Positions 57,402-64,000 of a stretch of DNA of 64,000 nucleotides are shown in pieces. A program made the position numbers and the translations under genes. The notes under the pieces are model-generated. The model ran no database searches, had not been told where the DNA came from, and was given only the letters and a program-made list of their open reading frames with translations. This stretch comes from Vicinamibacteria bacterium. Its GTDB lineage: Bacteria; Acidobacteriota; Vicinamibacteria; Marinacidobacterales; Marinacidobacteraceae. Position 1 is the first letter of the stretch, and every line of letters begins with the position of its first letter. Where the stretch lies: positions 2,844,271-2,908,270 of the forward strand of contig OY729431.1 in NCBI GenBank assembly GCA_963422395.1. The letters are read 5' to 3'.

Positions 57402-58711
57402 CCGACCCGGACCACCGCCTCTCGCGCCGTCAGGCCATCGCCGCCGGGCTCGCCGGCGCCGGAGCCACTGCGGGCTGGCTCGGTACCGGCTGCGGCGCTC
57501 CCGGCGCTCCTGCTTCCGGACCGGCGCCGGGGAGATCACGCACCGAAGCTCCCGATGCTCAGGCGGGTCGCGGCGTCCACGCAGCGGTCGTCGGTGCCGG
57601 AGCCTTCGGCGGCTGGACCGCCCTGTGGCTGCTGCGCCAGGGAGCGCGGGTGACTCTTCTCGACGCCTGGGGGCCGGGGAACGCGCGGGCGAGCTCCGGG
57701 GGAGAGACGCGCGTCATCCGCGCCACCTACGGGCCGCACCGCATCTACAGCGAGATGGTGCGGCGCGCCCTCGAGCTCTGGAAAGAGCAGGAGGAGCTTT
57801 GGAGCGACCGCCTGTTCTTCGAAACCGGAGCGCTGTGGATGAGCGACGACGAGGACCGCTACGCGAAGGATGCGGTTCCGATCCTTCGCGAACTCGACAT
57901 CGAATTCGAGGAACTCACCGGCGAGGAACTCGGCCGGCGGTATCCCCAGGTCCACCCCGAGGGAATCGCCTACGCGCTCTTCGAAAAGAGCGCCGGCTAT
58001 CTGCTCGCCCGGCGGGGCTGCCAGCGGGTTTTCGAGGGCTTCCTCGCCGAGGGGGGCGAATATCGCCAGGCGGAGGCGGCTGCGGGAACCATCGCCGGCG
58101 GCCGGATGCAGAACCTCCGGGTCGGCGGCGAACGGGTCGAGGCCGACCTCTTCGTGTTCGCCGGCGGCCCCTGGCTGGCGCATCTCTTCCCCGGGTTCGA
58201 TCCGCCGCTCGTGAAACCCACCCGGCAGGAAATCCTCTATTTCGGGACTCCGCCGGGGCGCCCCGATCTGACCGACCGCGAACTCCCGGTGTGGGTCGAG
58301 ACCGGAAAGAACCTGTTCTATGGGATCCCGGGGAGCAACTACCGAGGCTTCAAGGTGGCGGACGACGCCCGGGGGGCGCCCTTCGATCCCACGGACGGGG
58401 ACCGGACACCGTCACCCGAGGCGATCCGGGCGGCCCGGGAGTACATGGAGCGCCGGTTCCCGGCCATGCGCGGCGCCCCGCTGCTCGAAGCGCGGGTGTG
58501 CCAGTACGAGCAGAGTGCCGACGGCCACCTCATCCTGGACACCCATCCCGAGGCATCGAATGTCTGGATCGCCGGCGGCGGGTCGGGGCACGGCTACAAG
58601 CTCGGACCGGCACTCGGCGAGATGCTCGCGGAGCAGGTGCTCGGACAGCGGGAGAAGGAGCCTTTCTTCGCCCTCTCCCGGTTCACCGCGGACGCGGCGG
58701 ACGGAGGCTGA
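57398..58711 (+). CDS. Monomeric sarcosine oxidase-like FAD oxidoreductase with Tat/lipoprotein-like signal
   Basis: SRRQAIAAG...GTGC; VVGAGAFG, SSGGETRVIR, VCQYE, GGSGHGYK. Confidence 0.85.
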   Translation: MTDPDHRLSRRQAIAAGLAGAGATAGWLGTGCGAPGAPASGPAPGRSRTEAPDAQAGRGVHAAVVGAGAFGGWTALWLLRQGARVTLLDAWGPGNARASSGGETRVIRATYGPHRIYSEMVRRALELWKEQEELWSDRLFFETGALWMSDDEDRYAKDAVPILRELDIEFEELTGEELGRRYPQVHPEGIAYALFEKSAGYLLARRGCQRVFEGFLAEGGEYRQAEAAAGTIAGGRMQNLRVGGERVEADLFVFAGGPWLAHLFPGFDPPLVKPTRQEILYFGTPPGRPDLTDRELPVWVETGKNLFYGIPGSNYRGFKVADDARGAPFDPTDGDRTPSPEAIRAAREYMERRFPAMRGAPLLEARVCQYEQSADGHLILDTHPEASNVWIAGGGSGHGYKLGPALGEMLAEQVLGQREKEPFFALSRFTADAADGG

Positions 58712-58729
58712 CAAGCGCACCGCCGAGCA

Positions 58730-59220
58730 TGACATCGAGCAGCGCTTCGATGTTTCGCTGATCGCCAGGACTGCACTTAGCAGCCCGTGGACAAAGTCAC
58801 ACGGCATTGCCGAGTAGCGAGGGGCTCCCGGTCGAGCCTCCCCGACCGGGAGCCCCTCACTCTCCGGCGTGCTCGCGGGGCCATATTCGGCCCCGCTCGG
58901 AGCGACCGGCGATGCCCAGTCCTCCCGGTGGGGCCCCGGCTGAACCGCTTCGCTCTTCGTTGCAAATCAGTCGGAATACGCCCGGTATGCCTCCCGATTC
59001 GCGCCTTGTCCGCCAGGCGCCTCCCCGGTCTCGGTGCTCGCGCCACTTCATCCACGGACTGTTAGGGAAACAGATCCAGCAGCGTTACCGCCCCGTCATC
59101 GGCGTCCACAAGTGGTTCGCCCACCGTCCGGACACCCTGTTTCGCAGCCTGGTCCTCGCGGAATTCGGCGAGGGCCGGCTGGAAGACACATCCTTCCGGG
59201 CGAACGACCTGTCGGGAATT
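58730..59220 (+). pseudogene. 5' remnant of a DUF1156-type DNA methyltransferase, split by a MITE and truncated
   Basis: DIEQRFDVSLIARTALR before the insertion; QIQQRYRPVIGVHKWFAHRPDTLFRSLVLAEF after it; still frameshifted once the insertion is removed, and ends before the SAM-binding motif. Confidence 0.75.
58781..59061. mobile_element. 281-bp non-autonomous MITE-like element
   Basis: Terminal IRs CAGCCCGTGGACAAAGT / ACTTCATCCACGGACTG (14 of 17 match); TTAG target duplication at 58777-58780 and 59062-59065; internal 16-bp and 8-bp hairpins. Confidence 0.85.
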
Positions 59221-59243
59221 TCGCTATCGCGTGGACCTCATCT

Positions 59244-59352
59244 GGGCTGACCGGGAGTCTGTTCTGCTCTCCAAGTCGATTGTGGCGCTTTGCAAAAGTT
59301 GCAATAACGATGCAAAAATCGTTTGCGTCATTATTGGGAAGAGCGCGACCGG
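59244..59352. repeat. 109-bp AT-rich direct repeat, copy 1
   Basis: Ungapped match to 61170-61278 (17 mismatches by manual count); contains TTGCA-N7-TGCAA. Confidence 0.9.
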
Positions 59353-59484
59353 ATGCGGCACGGCGACACACTGCTGCCGGATTCTCCGGTGACTTCCCAC
59401 TCCCGTTCGTTCTGCCTCCTGGTTTGCGACCGACCGCAATGATTGAAATAATCAAGCAACATTGTTTGTGGCATTATTTAGGGA

Positions 59485-61176
59485 ATGTCGTCCAGCCTTG
59501 ATATCCGCGATCTCCTCGCTCGCCTCGATGGCGCCCCGGCCGATGCGATGGAGTCGGAAACGGTGGAGTTCAAGCCGTGGATCGCCGATCGGAACGCCTA
59601 TAAATCGCAGATCCGGATCCTGCGCGAAGCGGCGGTGGCCATCGCGAATGCGCGCGGCGGCGTCTTGGTGCTCGGCGTCGCCGACCGGAAGCACACCCGG
59701 GCGGAGGCGATCCACGGGGTCGGCGACCTCGATCCGGAAGGCCTGCGGCGCGACATCTACGACGGCACGGATCCACACATCCTGGTAGGCATCGAACCCT
59801 TGGAAGAACCCGAGGGCCGCGTATTCGTAATCCGGATTCCGCGGGGGCTCGGACTCCACACTACGACCGACGGCGTAGCGAGACTTCGGGTCGGTAAAGA
59901 ATCCAAGCCGCTGACCGGCTCGAATCTCGCTCAGGTCCTCATCGGTCGGGGACGGCACGACCTGACTTCCGAAACCGCATCCGGGGCGGGCCTTTCCGAT
60001 CTCGACCCGCAACAGATACTGCACTTGCGGCGCGTCATCGAGATCGAGGGCGGGGCACCCGAACTGACGAAGCTCTCGGACGAAAATCTTCTCGGGGCGC
60101 TCGATCTGATCACGGACAGCGGGACGACGCTCGCAGCGATTCTGCTACTGGGCGCCCCGACCGCCTTGGCGCGTTGCTGCTCGAACAGCGAAATCATCTT
60201 CACCCGCCATGCGTCGGCCCGAACCCTCTACAACGCTCGCCACGATCTGAAGGGCCCCCTGCTCGGACAGCTCGACGAGTTGTTGACGCTTCTGACGGCG
60301 CACACCGGATTGACCACGGTCGCTCTCGACGGGCTCCGCGATCTCGAAGTGCCGGATGTCTCCCGCTGGGCAGCGCGGGAAGCGATCCTCAACGCAGTGT
60401 GCCATCGCGACTGGTTCGTGAACCAGTCCGTCCAGGTATCCCTCCACCCGGACCGGTTGGAGATCGAGAGTCCAGGCGGCTTCGTGGGAGGGGTGGACGC
60501 CACCAATGTGATGCGCCACCCCCCCGTCCGACGGAACCCGCTGCTCGCAGGCGTCTTTCAGGCCATCGGTCTCGTCAACCGGGCAGGCTTGGGAGTGGAC
60601 CGGCTCCACGAAGAAGCCCTGCGGGCCGGGAAACGCCCGCCGCGGTACGAGGCCGACTCCACCTATGTCCGTCTCGTCCTTCCAACGCGGACCGACCCTG
60701 GTTTCGCTGCATTCGTCACCGGCGAACGCGAAGGCGGCAGGGAGCTGGAACTCGACGACCTCTTGGTGCTGGAAGCGCTCACCCGGCACCCCGAGCTCGA
60801 CCGCTGGACTGCCGCAGAATGCTTGCAGATCGAAGAAGGGCCGGCCTCGGAACGCCTCGTTTCCCTGCGCGAGCGCGGTTATCTGGTTCCAGTGGGACGG
60901 GGCCGCGGAACGAAGTACCGCCTCGCCGGCCGCTTGAAGCGACTCTGGCGGCCCCTAGACCCGGATGGGCGGGTTGCCGATGCGGCGATGCGCGAGCAGA
61001 TTCTGGATCTGCTGTCGGACCGCGGCACCATCACGAACACCGATGTGCGGCGGCTCACCGGCATGTCCCGCTTCAGGGCGCTTTCGCTCCTGCGCGGGCT
61101 GAGCGCCGACGGGTTGCTGCGAATGACCGGGAATCGAGGGGGCGCGCGCTATATCGCCGGACCCCGCTCGGGCTGA
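59485..61176 (+). CDS. AlbA_2/Schlafen-like domain + RecG-like/HATPase_c_4 domain + winged HTH protein
   Basis: ESETVEFK, AIANARGGVLVLGVAD, REAILNAVCHRD, LEIESPGG, RNPLLA, GLGVD; two C-terminal wHTH segments ending G.GRGTKY and GNRGGARY. Confidence 0.88.
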   Translation: MSSSLDIRDLLARLDGAPADAMESETVEFKPWIADRNAYKSQIRILREAAVAIANARGGVLVLGVADRKHTRAEAIHGVGDLDPEGLRRDIYDGTDPHILVGIEPLEEPEGRVFVIRIPRGLGLHTTTDGVARLRVGKESKPLTGSNLAQVLIGRGRHDLTSETASGAGLSDLDPQQILHLRRVIEIEGGAPELTKLSDENLLGALDLITDSGTTLAAILLLGAPTALARCCSNSEIIFTRHASARTLYNARHDLKGPLLGQLDELLTLLTAHTGLTTVALDGLRDLEVPDVSRWAAREAILNAVCHRDWFVNQSVQVSLHPDRLEIESPGGFVGGVDATNVMRHPPVRRNPLLAGVFQAIGLVNRAGLGVDRLHEEALRAGKRPPRYEADSTYVRLVLPTRTDPGFAAFVTGEREGGRELELDDLLVLEALTRHPELDRWTAAECLQIEEGPASERLVSLRERGYLVPVGRGRGTKYRLAGRLKRLWRPLDPDGRVADAAMREQILDLLSDRGTITNTDVRRLTGMSRFRALSLLRGLSADGLLRMTGNRGGARYIAGPRSG

Positions 61177-61278
61177 CAGAGAGCCCGTTCTGCCCTCCAA
61201 GCCGATTGTGGCGCATCGCAAAAATTGCAATAACACTGCAAAAATCGTTTGAATCATTATTTCGAAAGGCGCGACCGG
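61170..61278. repeat. 109-bp AT-rich direct repeat, copy 2
   Basis: Matches 59244-59352; begins at the GGGCTGA stop of the AlbA gene. Confidence 0.9.
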
Positions 61279-61436
61279 TGGCCATCGGCCCATCGCGCAA
61301 GCGCCTGCCGGAGCTCCGGCGGGCCAAGGCCTACCGGGAGTGCTGGTTCTCAGCAGCGCCACCGCCCAGCCATCGGGAGGATTGCACAAGCGGTTCGCTG
61401 GTCATCCGGGCCGGACCGGAACCACGGCCCGAGCCG

Positions 61437-62051
61437 CTAGATCGTCGACTTCCTGAAATTGCGCTGAGCAGCCCAGCGCGTCAAGTCGATGGCGAAGTTC
61501 GGAAAGGTGCCAGGAAGGACCCAGAGAGTTTCTGAATTCCAGAACATGCCGGTGGGCATGCTCTTGTCGCGTGGCCTCATTTCGTACTTGAAATTCTTCA
61601 CGGCGATTTCGTTCCACCGCAAGGCATCTTCGAGACTCGCCATGTCGACCGCGACCGTCTCAGCACCGTGCTGCTGCTTGCCGATTTCGGCAGCAGATTC
61701 GTATGCGACGCAACATTTGTCGTACAAGGCCTCGACTTCGCACCGGATCTGCGAACTCAACGCTTGGAACAGTCGGCGCACATCATGACTATGCTCGGCC
61801 GGCTGACTGTGCTCCTGCTCCCAGATGTGCTTCACGACGAGTTCGACTACGACTACATAGAGGACGATATTCGTTAGCGCCATCCCAAGCCGCTGTTGGT
61901 CGCGGGCGGCGCCAATTGATCCGGCGTCTCTGATGGCCGCTCTCGACACTGGCAACGAATCGGTGGAGCGGAGAGCCTCCATCGCAAGAATCAACAGGCG
62001 GGCAGAGCCCAGCTTCGATCCGTGAGGGCTGTTCACTTCGCGTTTCCCCAT
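61437..62051 (-). CDS. Hypothetical protein, HEPN-like
   Basis: GGAGG RBS; VELVVKHIW...HSHDVRRLF resembles the HEPN E..LK...HDL..L pattern; lower GC. Confidence 0.6.
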   Translation of the reverse strand: MGKREVNSPHGSKLGSARLLILAMEALRSTDSLPVSRAAIRDAGSIGAARDQQRLGMALTNIVLYVVVVELVVKHIWEQEHSQPAEHSHDVRRLFQALSSQIRCEVEALYDKCCVAYESAAEIGKQQHGAETVAVDMASLEDALRWNEIAVKNFKYEMRPRDKSMPTGMFWNSETLWVLPGTFPNFAIDLTRWAAQRNFRKSTI

Positions 62052-62258
62052 AGTGAGCACCTCCAGGGGAAGATCCTCAGTCTCTCACCCGCGACTTCAT
62101 GGGCATGCACCACCTTCTGCCACTCGAGTCATCTCCCGAAGAACGAGACGCACGGTGCGGATTCCGACCGCTGCAGCAGCCGCCCGAACACTGAGCACCT
62201 CCGCCCCGCTCGCCACTACCGCCGAGGCTGACGAGCGGGAGCCCTCGCCGAGGGCGAA

Positions 62259-64000
62259 TCAGAACTCGAGGCGGACGCCGACGCGGAAGACTCTCGGGTC
62301 GAGGATCGCGACGATCTCGTTGTAGCGGGAACCTGAAATCGTGCGGTAGTTCAGCACCGTGGAGCTGTTCGTCAGGTTGAAGCCGTCGAACAGGAAGGCG
62401 ACGGTCGCGCCCTGGGGCAGGTCGAAGGACTTCTCGGCGCGCATGTCGAAGATACCGACATTCGGCGCGCGGGAGTTGTAGCCATCCGGCATCACCCGCT
62501 CGGTTCCGGCGTTCGGGAGACGGACGCTGACCCGGCGGCCGGTCTGATACCCGCTCTGCAGCTTGTAGGAAGCACTGACTCCGACATTCCAGGGGAAGAT
62601 GTAACGGCCGACCAGTTTGTAGTTCCAGTAGGTCGTGTCGATCGCACCGAGCCGGAGCGACTGGTTCGCCTGCCACTCGTAGGTCGTGCCCTCGATGAAG
62701 TCGAACCGGGCGGCGGCCCGACGCTCGTGGAGGAGGTCGTCCGCATGTAGGCGTTCGCCCAGGTGTGGAGGAACGAGGTCAGGAACATCCAGCGGTCGGC
62801 GAAGCGCCGGTTCAGCGCCACTTCGACGGTGTGGTAGTTGGCATCCGGGCTCGGCAGGCCGTGCGCGCCGGGGTTCACATACATCCGATTCTCGGGAATT
62901 CCGGGCTGCCGGTCCATGAGGCCGATGACCTGGTCGTCCCCGGTTCCGGCGGTGTTGTCCGGTCCCCGGTCCTCATAGGAGTACGGAATGCCGTAGGCGA
63001 AGGCGCGGTTCAAGTCCACGACCCCATAGCCGTTCCGCGAGTTCTTGTGGACATAAGAGGCGCGGAAGGAGAAGTTGTCGGCGAGCTGCTGCTCGAAGTG
63101 GGCCGACGCCTCGTGTCCGTAAGCGTTCGTCAGGCCAGGATCCACGGTCACGAAGCCGGCGCCGCCGAGGGTGCTGAGCTTGTTTCCGAGTTCGGAGGAA
63201 TCGGCGAGGCCGCCGCTCGGCCCCGGGTCCACGATCCGATTCCCGTTCAGGTCGTTGAATTCGTACCGGAACGCCGCCTGCCCCACCGGGTTCTCGTCGT
63301 CCACGATCGTGGTGCTGGGGTTCCAGTAGAAGCGCCCGAAGAACAGCTTCAGCACCGTCCGCCCCTACGCCCGTCACATCGAAAGCGGCACCGAGCCGCG
63401 GCCCGATGTTCGAAAGGGTCAGTACGTCCGCTTGCGACACTTCGAGTGCGGGGAAGATGTCCGAATGCGTGGGTTGCATGGACTGGTCCGGCCAGCCCAT
63501 CACATAGCGGTCGAAGCGCGCGCCGAGGTTCAATGTGAGGCGGTCGTTGAGTGTCCAGGAGTCCCTGGATATAGGCAGCGGTCAAGAGGATGTCGTTCAC
63601 GCCGGTGTTCGGGGTGTTGTAGATGTCCACCTCGGAGGGCAGGCCGTCACGGTCCCGGTAGAAGATGTCCTCCGGCTGCATGCGGAGGAAGCTGCGGCGC
63701 TCGCGGTATATCTCGGTCCCGATCTTGAGCGTGTGCTGCCCGGCGAAATCATCCGCGAAGTAGGTCAGATTGCCGGAGATCTGCGGCTTCGTCACCTTGC
63801 GGAAGTGGTAGTAGTCGTTGGCGTTCGTCAGATCACCGGTCGTGAGCTCCTCGCGGCCCGCAGAAAGACCCTCCACGCTCTCCGACTTCGTCGTGGTCGT
63901 AAAGAGCGGGAACTGGTTGATCCAGTGGCTCAGCTGCAGGTTCAGGAAGAGCTTGTCGGTGAGCACATTCGTGTACTCGAACTTCATCGGCTTGTTCACC
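62259..64000 (-). CDS. Oar-type TonB-dependent receptor, C-terminal part (5' end outside window), with three frameshifts
   Basis: HTLKIG, YIQ/DSW...LTLNLGARFD, GPRLGAAFD, DGFNLTN, PRVFRVGVRLEF; frame breaks at about 63564, 63363 and 62718. Confidence 0.85.

Noticed and set aside
57398-58711. FAD enzyme as the missing QhpG
   Set aside because: Its motifs fit the sarcosine oxidase/DAO family, it has an export signal, and it lies 50 kb from the qhp operon.
59244-61278. Integron attC sites, or a small peptide encoded by the 109-bp repeats
   Set aside because: No RYYYAAC/GTTRRRY ends or full-length dyad symmetry, and no IntI. Mismatches fall on all codon positions (5/4/8 in the open plus frame), giving little coding signal.

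Overview
High-GC bacterial chromosomal window. Gene content (Oar-type TonB receptor, PQQ-like propeller, FG-GAP protein, fused MFS/spermidine synthase) suggests an Acidobacteriota-like organism, possibly host-associated; this is inference only. The left end holds a near-complete quinohemoprotein amine dehydrogenase operon (qhpA-D-C-B-F-E) with a variant gamma subunit and no qhpG or qhpR. Next is an accessory tract (10.4-15.3 kb) in which a coiled-coil gene and an orphan DUF1156 adenine methyltransferase lie between copies of a hairpin-rich repeat family, ending in a 294-bp tandem array. The middle is mostly housekeeping and amino-acid/peptide scavenging: PcrA/UvrD, a degenerate GlmU, RsmI, sugar-nucleotide enzymes, tRNA-Glu and tRNA-Arg, peptidases, a Type II R-M pair, MmuM, SulP, a mycobacterial-type Sdh1, Pcm, and a WYL regulator with a palindromic operator. 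The right end is a decayed defence hotspot: a DUF1156 pseudogene split by a 281-bp MITE, an AlbA/Schlafen ATPase gene flanked by 109-bp direct repeats, a second DUF1156 scrap and a HEPN-like gene. It is followed by a TonB receptor with homopolymer frameshifts that are probably sequencing errors. All calls come from reading motifs by eye; no database searches were run, and start codons are best estimates.
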